A stretch of 31,011 nucleotides of DNA from a virus (IMGVR_UViG_3300048861_000023:1-31011), one strand, 5' to 3'. Shown: positions 18,751 through 28,045, counted from the stretch's first letter. The notes: generated by a model not told the origin, from the sequence alone. Translations and numbers: made by a program.

Positions 18751-19647
18751 TTAGCCGAGGAGATGGGTGGACAGCTTGACCAGCTCACCCGGAGCGCCAA
18801 CCGACAGCGCAACCCATTTGGTTTGCGTGCCTGCGGCAACCGTAATCGTGGTCGAGGCGGCGGTCTGGCTGATGTTCACGAGATACGTGCCCGTGCCGCC
18901 AGTGCCCGTCAGGAAGCCGCTGATTGCGGTGCCGGTCGTTACACCCGTGCCGCTCAGTGCGTCGCCAAGGCCCAACGTGCCCGATGCCACTGCGGTCACG
19001 GTCAGCGTGCCGCCCGATGCCGTCACGGTCGTGCTGGCGGCCGTTTGCGAGACCGAGACCGTGTAGGTTCCGGTGCCGCCTGTGCCCGTACCGAGCGCAG
19101 TGATCGTCGTGCCCGACGTGATGCCGGTGCCGCTGATCGTCTGGCCAACTGCCAGCGTGCCGCTTGTGACTGCCGAAACGGTCAAGACCTGACCAGCGAT
19201 AGCGCCAGTCACCACGTTTGCTGCGATCGAGCCCGTCACGCTTGCGCCAGTCCAGTTCGAACCGAACTGCACAGCACCCGTCGAGTTGTTCGTGTAAGCG
19301 GTCTGGCTGATTGCGGACGACGAAGCGCCAGCGTTCTTCACCCAGAAATCGCCCGAGCTGAACAGCGTCACAGCCATGCCAGCCGGAATCAGTTGCGTTG
19401 CTTCACCGAGGAACGCGGTGATGAGGGCTTGTTGCGAACGCGCGACGAAGCCAGTCGGCGCGCCTGCGCCAGTGTTGCTGACCGTCAGGTTGTTCGAATC
19501 GGCCCATGCGAAGCGGCCCACGAGAACGCCGTTCGGGCCAGCCACGAAAGCGCCCGGGCCATTCACCACCGACGTGCGCGGGTTGACCGAGGCGAAATCG
19601 CCCTCAACCCCAACGCCGGGTACTACGTTGACTTTGGAAGGAAACAT
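18751..19647 (-). CDS. Head decoration/cement protein carrying two nested 66-aa modules
   Basis: [44 protein letters not shown]; lies between protease and capsid. Confidence 0.8.
   Translation of the reverse strand: MFPSKVNVVPGVGVEGDFASVNPRTSVVNGPGAFVAGPNGVLVGRFAWADSNNLTVSNTGAGAPTGFVARSQQALITAFLGEATQLIPAGMAVTLFSSGDFWVKNAGASSSAISQTAYTNNSTGAVQFGSNWTGASVTGSIAANVVTGAIAGQVLTVSAVTSGTLAVGQTISGTGITSGTTITALGTGTGGTGTYTVSVSQTAASTTVTASGGTLTVTAVASGTLGLGDALSGTGVTTGTAISGFLTGTGGTGTYLVNISQTAASTTITVAAGTQTKWVALSVGAPGELVKLSTHLLG
18841..19245 (-). repeat. 66-codon virion module, copies 5 (inner, 19021-19218) and 6 (outer, split)
   Basis: ASVTGSIAA[[14 protein letters not shown]...[22 protein letters not shown]][14 protein letters not shown]...[22 protein letters not shown]. 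Confidence 0.88.
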
Positions 19648-19658
19648 GTCTCAGATCC

Positions 19659-21083
19659 TTAGACTTTGCGGATAGCCGCGTTGGGGAAGCGCTCGGCAAA
19701 GCCTTGCGGACGTGCGCTGTCTGCGGCGAGCTTCGGAGCCTGCGAACCCGGCTTCGGCTGTGCTTCGAGAACGGCGCGGAATGCGCTCGGATGAATGCCG
19801 GAGACGCTCACGCCTAGCGTTTCGAGAGCGATCTTGTAGACGCCTTCAGCGCTGTCCTGCGCGATTGCGAGCTTGCCGACGTACGGCTGGACGACTGCTT
19901 CGGCTTCCGAGACGGCGCGCATGCGCTTGACGGCAGCGTCTTCAGCCTTGCGAACGGCAGCCGAGATTGCTGCGTCCATCGCCGGCTTGCTGACCGAATC
20001 GTCCTTGCCAGACGTAGCGGGCGGTGCGGGCGTGCCAGGTGTCGGCGGCGGATTGTCCATGGCAGGCTTGTCGTCTTCCTTCGGTTTGGCGGGCGGCGCT
20101 GGCTCTTCTTCATCGCCAGCGAGCTTCAATGCGCGCATCTTTTCTTCGATGGCGGCCAGATCGTCGTCGCTGACCTTGCCCTTGAGCATCGACACGATTT
20201 CGTCGACCGGGCTTGCGTCCACTGCGACGTCTTCGCCGTCGTCATCCATGCCGACGTTGTCATCTGGCGAATCGAGGCTGTCTAGCAGACTGACCAGGCC
20301 TTCAAGGTCCGCGTCTGCTGCCAGCTTCGGCTTGATCGCCGCAACGATGCCAGCTTTCTGGGTGAGCCAGTTAGAGGCCGTCACGCCGGCAAGGATGGGG
20401 TTGAGTTCCAGCTTTGCATCGGCGGCCAGCTTTGGCTTCAGGGCCAGCAAGGCCCCCTTAGCCAGCGCTGCCTTCCGAGAAAGGGGCTTCTTGCTCATGT
20501 TTTGAATCTCCAGTTGGGAATCGCCCACGACGACGTCGGGGCCTGCGCGGCCAGCCGCTACCAGTGCAACGTGATTGCCGCGAATGTCACGCATGACGCC
20601 GTCGTAGCTGGCGCCCTGATAGGTGCCGGGCGTCATGTCTGCCCGGTAGTGGTAAGCGCAGGAAATCTCCATGCGCTGTTCGTTCTCGACACCTGCGATC
20701 GACTTTGCGTCCCAGATGACGAGGCTGTTCTTGAGATAGGGGGCTTCGAACGAGGCGTCAGTGCCTGTGCTGCCTACCGTGATTTCTTTTCGCGGGTCAT
20801 TGGCGAAGACCGGAATGTGTTCCTTGCCGGTCTGCTCAAACGCATCAATCAACTGGAGGTTGTTGAAGGTGGGCGCAGCCTTTTCCAGTTCGTCGGGGTC
20901 GCGAAGAAGCTGATAGACCTTTTCCGGGTCCAGCCCCAGCGACTCACCGTCTGGAATTTCTTTGCCCAGATACGGGTTGATCGCGGCCTTGCTGATGTTG
21001 CTGACGGCGATGTGCATCCGGCCGTCCTGATCGACGGTGCGCGCGCTCGCGCGATCAAACGCAAGCCTTTCATTCATGTTCAT
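19659..21083 (-). CDS. Prohead protease/scaffold (DUF2213-like)
   Basis: AFDRASAR..DQDGRMH, NPYLGKEIP, EISCAY, GNHVALVAAGRAGPDV; acidic and Pro-rich C-terminal scaffold with AMD motifs. Confidence 0.88.
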   Translation of the reverse strand: MNMNERLAFDRASARTVDQDGRMHIAVSNISKAAINPYLGKEIPDGESLGLDPEKVYQLLRDPDELEKAAPTFNNLQLIDAFEQTGKEHIPVFANDPRKEITVGSTGTDASFEAPYLKNSLVIWDAKSIAGVENEQRMEISCAYHYRADMTPGTYQGASYDGVMRDIRGNHVALVAAGRAGPDVVVGDSQLEIQNMSKKPLSRKAALAKGALLALKPKLAADAKLELNPILAGVTASNWLTQKAGIVAAIKPKLAADADLEGLVSLLDSLDSPDDNVGMDDDGEDVAVDASPVDEIVSMLKGKVSDDDLAAIEEKMRALKLAGDEEEPAPPAKPKEDDKPAMDNPPPTPGTPAPPATSGKDDSVSKPAMDAAISAAVRKAEDAAVKRMRAVSEAEAVVQPYVGKLAIAQDSAEGVYKIALETLGVSVSGIHPSAFRAVLEAQPKPGSQAPKLAADSARPQGFAERFPNAAIRKV

Positions 21084-21084
21084 T

Positions 21085-21933
21085 TCAATCTCGCAGACCT
21101 GGGATGACCGACTGGCTGGTACAGCGACAATTGGGAAGTTGCCCCGGCCAGATGTACTCGCCGTCGATTTCGCATCCCTCAGCTATGTCGTACAGTTCGC
21201 CCTTGCCGCCGTCGTCCTGACCAGCGCGCAAATGCGATAGGCGGGGATGCTTGCCCGCGCCAGAATGTCGCCAGCGGGCCTGGGTAATGCCAAGCTCCTG
21301 CTGTCGCACCCGGTTAATCGTGGCGGTGGCCTTATTGGCCTGATCGCGGGCAATGAACGCCGCGCGCTTTTTCGTCATGTCGTAGCGCTGCGTCAACTGC
21401 TCGGTGAGCCAGCCGAGATCGCGACCCTGCGTCACCGAGCGCATGACAATGCCTTCGATATCGCTCAGGTGCTGTTCCGCGATGTTGCTGATGAGCCCGA
21501 CGTTTTCGCCGATCGTCGCCTGGTAGGCATCACGAGCGGCGTCAGTCATCTTGAATTCGACGGAGAATCCAGCCTTCTTCAGAATCTGCTTCAGCTGAAC
21601 GTCCGTGGCGCCCATCGACTTGTCAGCGAAATACTTCGCCAACTCTGGGGCGCCTTTGTCGAACGCTTTCTGCCACCGGCGCGACATGCGGTGAACGGCT
21701 CGCCGGAGTGCGTTGGCCGGGCTTCCATCACGGAACGATTCAAACCCCGCGTCCTGCGCGAGAGTCGTCGGCGGGTTCGCTCTATACTGTGCTGCTATCC
21801 AGTACGCGAGCGATTTGTGCATCGCATCTATCATGCGACCGAGTTGTTTCTGGTATTGCGCCTCAATTCCCGCATTGGCTCGCACCGGGCGCAGAACAAT
21901 GTCCTTGTGCGTCGGCGCGACTAGCTTTGGCAT
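21085..21933 (-). CDS. Head morphogenesis protein (SPP1 gp7/Mu gpF family)
   Basis: RAAFIARDQANKA, WRHS....HPR.SH, PGQLPNCRC. Start placed at ATG 21933 (uncertain). Confidence 0.88.
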   Translation of the reverse strand: MPKLVAPTHKDIVLRPVRANAGIEAQYQKQLGRMIDAMHKSLAYWIAAQYRANPPTTLAQDAGFESFRDGSPANALRRAVHRMSRRWQKAFDKGAPELAKYFADKSMGATDVQLKQILKKAGFSVEFKMTDAARDAYQATIGENVGLISNIAEQHLSDIEGIVMRSVTQGRDLGWLTEQLTQRYDMTKKRAAFIARDQANKATATINRVRQQELGITQARWRHSGAGKHPRLSHLRAGQDDGGKGELYDIAEGCEIDGEYIWPGQLPNCRCTSQSVIPGLRD

Positions 21934-21942
21934 GGAGAGAGA

Positions 21943-22191
21943 ATGAAACAGGAAATCGAAGTGGATTACGTCGGCTACGACCACGAGGAAGGGCAGCGCG
22001 TGGTCGTGTACGTCGGCGATAACGACGAGTACTCGGCGCGGTTCAACCTGTCCGATCTGCTGGACACGGAGATGGACATGTTCAAGCTGAAGAGCGGCCT
22101 GACTGACAGTGCAGGCAAACCGCGATTCGATGCGATGGAACTGGAGCTAACCGAGATGGTCAGGCGTATCAGGGCGATCCGGTACGGCTAG
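21943..22191 (+). CDS. Small acidic hypothetical protein, antisense insert between portal and gp7-like gene
   Basis: RBS GGAGAG-ATG; 82 aa with GC3-rich codons; stop overlaps the portal stop (CTAG). Confidence 0.65.
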   Translation: MKQEIEVDYVGYDHEEGQRVVVYVGDNDEYSARFNLSDLLDTEMDMFKLKSGLTDSAGKPRFDAMELELTEMVRRIRAIRYG

Positions 22192-23729
22192 GCGTCCTGC
22201 ATTTCTGACTCGTCTTCCTGCTCCTGACCGCTGATCTTCGCAGCGCTTGCCTCAGGACCAGATTCCGGCAGCGGCAACTCAGGCAGATCTTCGGTCAGGT
22301 CGAGTGACGAGTAGGGCGAATCTTCCTGGCTGGCGAGACGCACGCGCGATTCCTGCGGAGTAATCACACCAGCGCCAATCAGCTCGATGTCGGTATCGGC
22401 CTCAACCTTGCGCACATTCGCCTGCTCCAACTCGTCCAATGGCTGAAGCGGTTGATACTTGAACCCGATTTCCGGGTCAATCTCGCCGTACAGCGACAAC
22501 TGGATGATGTTGATCAGCTTCGACAGGAGCGGCGTGAACAGCGCTTCCTGCTGCGCCAGTACCCAAGCATAGAACGCAGTCAACTCGCCCTCACTGGAAG
22601 CATTCAGGCCGGTCGGCGTGATGCCCAGCAGGATGACGAGCGGGATGCCCGTCACGGCTGCCATGTGCTCCTGCGCCTGCGCCTGGAGTTTGTCCAGACT
22701 GCCGAGCGGGGTCGAGATATTGAAAAGCTCTTCGCTATCCTTGTCGACCAGCATCAGACTGCGGTTATCGCGCATCTGATTGAACAGTTGTGCCCGCTTG
22801 AAGAGATGCTCGGCGCCACCGCCATTCAGGACGGCCGCCATGTTCGTCTTCAGGCCCGTCACGCTAAAGCTGTGCAGCAGGTCGGAGACGCTCTGGCGCG
22901 TGCGTAGCCAGTTGTCGACATAAGGCTTGGCGATCTGCGATAGGCTCAGTCCGCCGAACGCATAAGACGGCTTCAGCAGGTCAGGTACCGGCCGGCTGAC
23001 GAACGTCAACAGACGGCTGTCGTGCACCTCTTTGCCGAGCACGAACCAGCTCTGCGGCTTGAAGAAGTTCGGCTTGAGCGGGTCATTGCTGTTGTACTGG
23101 TTCGGGTATGTCCAGAGCGGCTCGATGACGCGAATCGCCTTGAGCATGCCCTTGCCAACCTTGGCTTTGCTCTCTACCAGCGCGATGCGAAGCTCATCGG
23201 GATTGTCGGTGTCGCCGGTATCCAGATATATCTGTGAGCGCCCGAAGTACCCGTCCTGTTCGGCAGCCTCCTGAAACGCTGCCTGCACATTCAGGCGCTT
23301 CATCTCCGCCTCGATTTCGCGAAGCTTTTCGCTCTTGTCGTCGGAGTTATGATCGCCAGTGGATTGCAGCTTGATCCACGCACGCGTCATTTCCTTGGCC
23401 AGAATCTCCGCGGGGCGTCGATACTCTGGCCGCTGCGTCAGTTCCGACAGGTAGGCATAGCCGAGAAAACCAAGCCCCTCAGACAGCGCTGCCTCGGTCG
23501 CGAAGGCATAGTTCGGCGCCATCACTGAATCGCACGCCAGTTTCGCCTTTTCGGGGATCACCCCCGGCGCAGCTTTGGGCGCTTCAAACGGATTGCGCTT
23601 CTCCAGGTCAGCAGGACGTCCGGCGAGCAGCGCCATATCGCTGATGACCATTCCCGGATCTTTGTTCGGCGCGGATTCCGGGATACCAGCGGTCGGCGCG
23701 GGTTTTCGCCGGAATCGGAAGTTGATCAT
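22188..23729 (-). CDS. Portal protein (DUF1073-like)
   Basis: FLGYAYLSELTQRPEYR, EMTRAW, YAFGGLSLSQ, IPLVILLGITPTGLNAS; directly after terL. Confidence 0.92.
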   Translation of the reverse strand: MINFRFRRKPAPTAGIPESAPNKDPGMVISDMALLAGRPADLEKRNPFEAPKAAPGVIPEKAKLACDSVMAPNYAFATEAALSEGLGFLGYAYLSELTQRPEYRRPAEILAKEMTRAWIKLQSTGDHNSDDKSEKLREIEAEMKRLNVQAAFQEAAEQDGYFGRSQIYLDTGDTDNPDELRIALVESKAKVGKGMLKAIRVIEPLWTYPNQYNSNDPLKPNFFKPQSWFVLGKEVHDSRLLTFVSRPVPDLLKPSYAFGGLSLSQIAKPYVDNWLRTRQSVSDLLHSFSVTGLKTNMAAVLNGGGAEHLFKRAQLFNQMRDNRSLMLVDKDSEELFNISTPLGSLDKLQAQAQEHMAAVTGIPLVILLGITPTGLNASSEGELTAFYAWVLAQQEALFTPLLSKLINIIQLSLYGEIDPEIGFKYQPLQPLDELEQANVRKVEADTDIELIGAGVITPQESRVRLASQEDSPYSSLDLTEDLPELPLPESGPEASAAKISGQEQEDESEMQDA

Positions 23730-23732
23730 GTT

Positions 23733-25136
23733 TCAGGTGTAAGAGAGTGTGGCGTCGGAGATGATCATTGGTGCGGCGCCGGGAGCGAACGCCATGACGA
23801 AGGCGTCAGCCAGGTTAGGCGACGCAACCTCACGTTTCGCCAGATCCTTCTTGCTTTCAACCTTGACCTTGCCGTTGTTGTCGTAGTCCCGCTTGGGCGT
23901 GGACAGTTCGTCAACCAACTGGTCGAGATAGGGAAGGTCGCTGGAGAGGCTAATCAGTTCGTCGTCGCTGAACTTCTCGCCCTTGCGGATAGCGTTATAT
24001 GTGTTGCGGAACCTGTCTGCCACCAGCCACCAGGACTGAGCCTTGATGTTCAGGAACATGTCCTTATTCTTCGTCTGGGGCGTGTAGAGCGCCTCAGGCT
24101 TGAACACTGACCCGCCAGCATTGAACTTTTCATAATGGATGCGCAGGCCGTTGTTGGCGTCATTCAACTCGCCAAACTTCGCTCCAGCAGTTGCGCCGAC
24201 ACCGATGGAGTCATAGGCGACGGATGCGCTCCGATCCATGGCGGCACGCCATACCCGAGTGCAGGACTTCAGCAGCTCGTCTTCGCCGGCCTTCCAGAGG
24301 TCGGCCCACGAGACAACCGAACCATGCGCATAGATCTGAGCGCACTTATCAGCGCCGGAGTCCGCTACGTCAAACCCGATCCGCTTACGCCCAGACGGCT
24401 CAAAGCCAAGCGCCTTGTGAGCATCGACCGCCGCCATGATCCACGAGCGCTTGATGATCGCGTCGTCGTCGTCGTCCTTGGGCTGCCCAAGGTAGATGTG
24501 CGCAAACTCGTCTTCGTCCTCAGCCTTGGCGGCCTCGATGACGTCTCGCATCGTCTGCGACAGAAACGGGTTCTCGTCGTAGTTGATCCGGCGAACCAAT
24601 GTGCCAGGCGGCGGGTTGACTACAAACCGCTTGTAGGCGAAGTCGGTAGACAGCCGCGGATTGAAGACAATCCAGACCTGCGACCCTTGTTTCCGGATTG
24701 TCGCCTCGAGGATCTTCCACTGATCCTCACTGAGGTTGTGGCCTTCCTCGATCCAAAGTACGTCAATGCCTTCGAGCGACTTGATTTCGTCGATCGATCG
24801 CCACAAGCCGTAGAACAGGAATTCAGAGCCCGTCTTGCGACCGATGATCTTGTTGTCTAGCGCACGGAACTGGCTGTTCAGTCCGAAGCGGTCAATCTGG
24901 TGCTTGAGAAGGGTATAGACCGACTCCTCAATCTTGTTCTGGAACTGCCGGACGCACAGGAAGCGCAGCTTGGCATTGCTTGCGAGATACACCGCAAACC
25001 CAGCGGCATCCCATGACTTGGAAGATGCGCGGCCGCCGTATAGCACCCGATTACGCACTGGTCGTTCGCCAACGGTCTTGGCGGCCCAGTATTCGCGCAG
25101 AACCGGATTCAGCGTTGGTCGACTAGTTTGCTCCAT
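23733..25136 (-). CDS. terL: Terminase large subunit (PBSX-type)
   Basis: Walker A YGGRASSKS, Walker B WIEE, VFNP motif, nuclease GFDVAD..D and SPNLADA. Start placed at ATG 25136. Confidence 0.95.
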   Translation of the reverse strand: MEQTSRPTLNPVLREYWAAKTVGERPVRNRVLYGGRASSKSWDAAGFAVYLASNAKLRFLCVRQFQNKIEESVYTLLKHQIDRFGLNSQFRALDNKIIGRKTGSEFLFYGLWRSIDEIKSLEGIDVLWIEEGHNLSEDQWKILEATIRKQGSQVWIVFNPRLSTDFAYKRFVVNPPPGTLVRRINYDENPFLSQTMRDVIEAAKAEDEDEFAHIYLGQPKDDDDDAIIKRSWIMAAVDAHKALGFEPSGRKRIGFDVADSGADKCAQIYAHGSVVSWADLWKAGEDELLKSCTRVWRAAMDRSASVAYDSIGVGATAGAKFGELNDANNGLRIHYEKFNAGGSVFKPEALYTPQTKNKDMFLNIKAQSWWLVADRFRNTYNAIRKGEKFSDDELISLSSDLPYLDQLVDELSTPKRDYDNNGKVKVESKKDLAKREVASPNLADAFVMAFAPGAAPMIISDATLSYT

Positions 25137-25737
25137 AGAAGTGGTCGAGGCTCGTCGGTACGTCTTCGCCGCCGCCATCCTCGCCGACCTTCAGCCCGTA
25201 CGCTTCGCGCTCCAGTCCAATCAGGTTCTTCAGCGTCTCGGCGAGTTTCTTCATGCCATCAATGCGCCCAGGCGTCGAGATGACTTTCTGGTAAAGATCG
25301 TTCAGGCGATCCATTCCTCTGTCGTCTGGACTGCGCAACATCTCGCCCAGTTGCTCGAACAGCTCAAGGCTGCCGGTCTGCTGCTCAAGCTCACCAAGGA
25401 GAGCCATCGCGAGCGTGCGAGATCGGCTGATGTCCTTTCTGTGAGCGAGGCGGATTCCCGCGATTACTTCAGCGTTTGCCTCGACGATCGCCCGATCAGT
25501 TACCGCCCGTTCTGCTGGTAACTCACTGGTAACCGTACGAGTGGTAACTAGCTGCTCGGCCTTGTCCTGTATGCGTTTGCTGAGATCGCGGGTCCATCCA
25601 TCGCGCTTTGCCCGTTTCGAAATACCGACGTGCGAAACACCATGAGCGGATGCAATCTCACGCACCGACAGCAAGCCGGCCCGATAGTCAGCTTCAATGC
25701 GCTCCCAGTCCGGCGCGGCTTTCTTCTGTTGCGCCAT
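25123..25737 (-). CDS. terS: Terminase small subunit
   Basis: N-terminal HTH PDWERIEADYRAGLLSVREIA..HGVSH..ISKRAKRDGW; LEREAYGL; overlaps terL. Confidence 0.88.
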   Translation of the reverse strand: MAQQKKAAPDWERIEADYRAGLLSVREIASAHGVSHVGISKRAKRDGWTRDLSKRIQDKAEQLVTTRTVTSELPAERAVTDRAIVEANAEVIAGIRLAHRKDISRSRTLAMALLGELEQQTGSLELFEQLGEMLRSPDDRGMDRLNDLYQKVISTPGRIDGMKKLAETLKNLIGLEREAYGLKVGEDGGGEDVPTSLDHFYGAN

Positions 25738-25857
25738 GATTCAGTGATTTACTTTTGTGTGGGACGACAGCGGGAGACGATATGCCGCTAAAGAATCAGC
25801 AACTCGCGCCGATATTAAGCGTGAGCCTACTAAACGGGCGCGATGCATCGGAGGAAT

Positions 25858-26067
25858 TCACTCCGAAATGACGCCCATCAGCACCAGAATTCGCTCCATG
25901 TTCTCGCGATAGAGTCGCGTCATCGTCCGGCCGTGCTCGTCATTACCCAGGGCGAGCGGATCGCACATTTCGCCATGGAATTCCGTCACTGCGCAGCGGA
26001 GCGACTCAACTTCTCCGGGCGATAGCGGCTCGCCGTTGATGTGGATCGTCGGGGTTTGGTATGTCAC
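25858..26067 (-). CDS. Hypothetical phage protein (69 aa)
   Basis: GTG start overlaps the upstream TGA (GTGA), with GGAGG RBS; IHINGEPLSPGEVESLRCAV. Confidence 0.6.
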   Translation of the reverse strand: MTYQTPTIHINGEPLSPGEVESLRCAVTEFHGEMCDPLALGNDEHGRTMTRLYRENMERILVLMGVISE

Positions 26068-27236
26068 GCGGCCTCCAGCATCCCCACATCGCACCGATGC
26101 CGCTCTATCTCGCCATGCTCGCGGTGATGCACGATGCAACACATGTCACGGCCAGCCCGGTAACCATGCCCAGCAGCGTACGCATCCTGCGCGGCAAGCG
26201 TCCGGAAAGACTCACAGACGACGCCGGGCAGTTCCTTCACGCCTTTGGAATGAACATGCCCCGTGTACCAGTACCGATGCTTGGTTGCGCCCCAGTCCTC
26301 AGCGCGATCACAGGCCATGATTCCGCCGAGTTGTTCGTGCTTGGCGGTGTCGCCATGCGTCGAGCCGATCAGCACTTTGCCGAACTTGAAATACCAGAAC
26401 TTCGAGGGGCCGAGATCAACCTCAACGCGCGGCTCATTCGAGAAGTACGCGGACAGGGTGAAGGCGAGCGCCCAGATGGCTTGTGGGTCGTGGTTGCCTG
26501 GAACGGCTTTCACGACCACGCGGGTGTGCTTCTGTAGCGCGCGGATAATCGCGTGCCGGTAGGTCTCAATGCCGACCTGAAGCACCTTGACGAAACGCGA
26601 GTCGACGTCCAATTGGTGTCGGTGTGCCGGCGTCTGGTTGGTCTGATCGTTCATGTGGTAGACGTCGCCGAGCAGAAGCAGGATCGCTGTTTCTGCGGGC
26701 GGAGCTGACGACACCAGACGATCTACTGCGCCGAGGGTCAACTTACGGCCGATTTCCAGATCGAAGTCGTTGCCGCACTCCTTGGCCCACGTGTAAAGGC
26801 CGACGTGAGGGTCGCCGAACGGATACACCGCCAGGATGTCTGGCTGCGAGTGGGCGGGCGCCGCAGTAAGCGGAGCCATTCCCTGAACCGACTCAGACAG
26901 CACAGCAATCGTCTCGCGGGCGATTTCCTCGGCCCGGTTTCCGTCGCGCTCAGTCTTAACCCACTGAATGGCAATGCCATCTTCAGTGTAGGCAGTTGAC
27001 ACGCCCTTGACCCGAAAGCCGTCAGGGACGGTATGCGTCATATCGTGCCGCGGCGAATACCCCATCTTCGCAGCCCGCTTTTCCAGCGCCTGGATTGCAC
27101 GGCTAATGTTGCTTTTGTGCAAGCCAAGGTGCGGAGCGGCTTTCGCTGCGCTGCCGTGCTTCTCGATCGCTTCGAGAAAGGAGATTTCCCGGGCATCGGC
27201 AAACTCTCGCAATCGCGGATCAGGTTGTCGCGCCAC
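26064..27236 (-). CDS. N-terminal HTH fused to calcineurin-like metallophosphoesterase
   Basis: HTH (AIEKHGSAAKAAPHLGLHKSNISRAI); full motif set GDPH, GDVYH, GNHD, HGD, GHVH. Confidence 0.88.
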   Translation of the reverse strand: MARQPDPRLREFADAREISFLEAIEKHGSAAKAAPHLGLHKSNISRAIQALEKRAAKMGYSPRHDMTHTVPDGFRVKGVSTAYTEDGIAIQWVKTERDGNRAEEIARETIAVLSESVQGMAPLTAAPAHSQPDILAVYPFGDPHVGLYTWAKECGNDFDLEIGRKLTLGAVDRLVSSAPPAETAILLLLGDVYHMNDQTNQTPAHRHQLDVDSRFVKVLQVGIETYRHAIIRALQKHTRVVVKAVPGNHDPQAIWALAFTLSAYFSNEPRVEVDLGPSKFWYFKFGKVLIGSTHGDTAKHEQLGGIMACDRAEDWGATKHRYWYTGHVHSKGVKELPGVVCESFRTLAAQDAYAAGHGYRAGRDMCCIVHHREHGEIERHRCDVGMLEAA

Positions 27237-27244
27237 GGTTTCCC

Positions 27245-27466
27245 CTAAGAATTAAGTTTTGGTCTGAACTGCCCGCACCAGTGATCAGCCGCCACGACTG
27301 GCAGCGTGCTCACGTTCGTTTGTTCAAGAATGTCATAAGTGACTGTCGGCGGCATCAGGTGGCAATACCACGTCGCCCACTCCTGGCTTTCAACAAGGTT
27401 GCTGCAATTGCAGTTCTTGCAAACCTCTGTGCGCTCGACGACGACCTGGATCTTTTTTCGAGCCAT
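27245..27466 (-). CDS. Small Cys-rich phage protein
   Basis: CKNC...C..MPP...WCGQF, a putative metal-binding pattern; ATG at 27466. Confidence 0.65.
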   Translation of the reverse strand: MARKKIQVVVERTEVCKNCNCSNLVESQEWATWYCHLMPPTVTYDILEQTNVSTLPVVAADHWCGQFRPKLNS

Positions 27467-27480
27467 CGGCACACTCAAAT

Positions 27481-27505
27481 AAAAAGAGCCGCGCTAGGCG
27501 GCTTC
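27481..27505 (-). terminator. Intrinsic terminator after the HNH-AP2 gene
   Basis: Minus strand AGCCGC ctagc GCGGCT followed by CTTTTTATTT. Confidence 0.7.
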
Positions 27506-27535
27506 GAATCTCATCAGATGACGAGAAGGGGATCG

Positions 27536-28012
27536 TTACGCTACGCGGGCGAATTCACCGTGTAGGTCGTTGGCTGCCTTACAGTACGCCGAGTAGGCTT
27601 CTTCCGGAGTTCCGAATGTGCCGAGAGAAAGGCGCTTTCCATCGACTCGAATCTTGGCTTGCCACTTCGCGTGCTGCTTGTGCCATGTCACGCCTTTGTA
27701 TCCACTCGTGTTCGTGGCTGGCTTCTTGTAGTTGCACATATTCTGAGCATGTGTCGCAGGCCTCAGATTGTGACGTTGATTATTCAAGCCGTTTCCGTCG
27801 CGGTGGTCGACCTTTTTCCGATCGCCAAACGACATGCCCATGATGAACCGATGCATGAACAGCACAGTGCGCTTTCCCGGATTCTTGGGGTGAACGACAT
27901 TACGGAAAGCATATCCGTCTGAGTTGGCACTCCATTTATATGGAGACACTAGATCGTAGTCGACGTCATCAACAAGCGCAAACAATCCACGGGTGAGGGC
28001 TATTTCTTTCAA
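27536..28012 (-). CDS. HNH endonuclease with C-terminal AP2 DNA-binding domain
   Basis: [34 protein letters not shown]...KWQAKI...LGTF.TPEEAY.AY..AA..LHGEFA; TTG start with GAGG RBS. Confidence 0.92.
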   Translation of the reverse strand: MKEIALTRGLFALVDDVDYDLVSPYKWSANSDGYAFRNVVHPKNPGKRTVLFMHRFIMGMSFGDRKKVDHRDGNGLNNQRHNLRPATHAQNMCNYKKPATNTSGYKGVTWHKQHAKWQAKIRVDGKRLSLGTFGTPEEAYSAYCKAANDLHGEFARVA

Positions 28013-28045
28013 GTCTGCCTCGCTCTAAGGCTGCTCGAATTGGAT

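Noticed and set aside
3966-19245. The repeated 198-nt modules as template/variable repeats of a diversity-generating retroelement
   Set aside because: Differences are largely synonymous third-position changes, not adenine-specific; all copies are in-frame coding; no reverse transcriptase is in the window.
22188-23729. Anti-CBASS Acb1 call, a label often attached to DUF1073 proteins
   Set aside because: Size, motifs and position after terL fit a portal; no pair of HxT 2H-phosphodiesterase motifs is evident.
13362-24860. Long plus-strand ORFs opposite structural genes (e.g. 13362-14126, 17864-18739, 18736-19662, 24135-24860)
   Set aside because: Antisense shadows of GC-rich genes: Arg-rich, no motifs and no convincing RBS.
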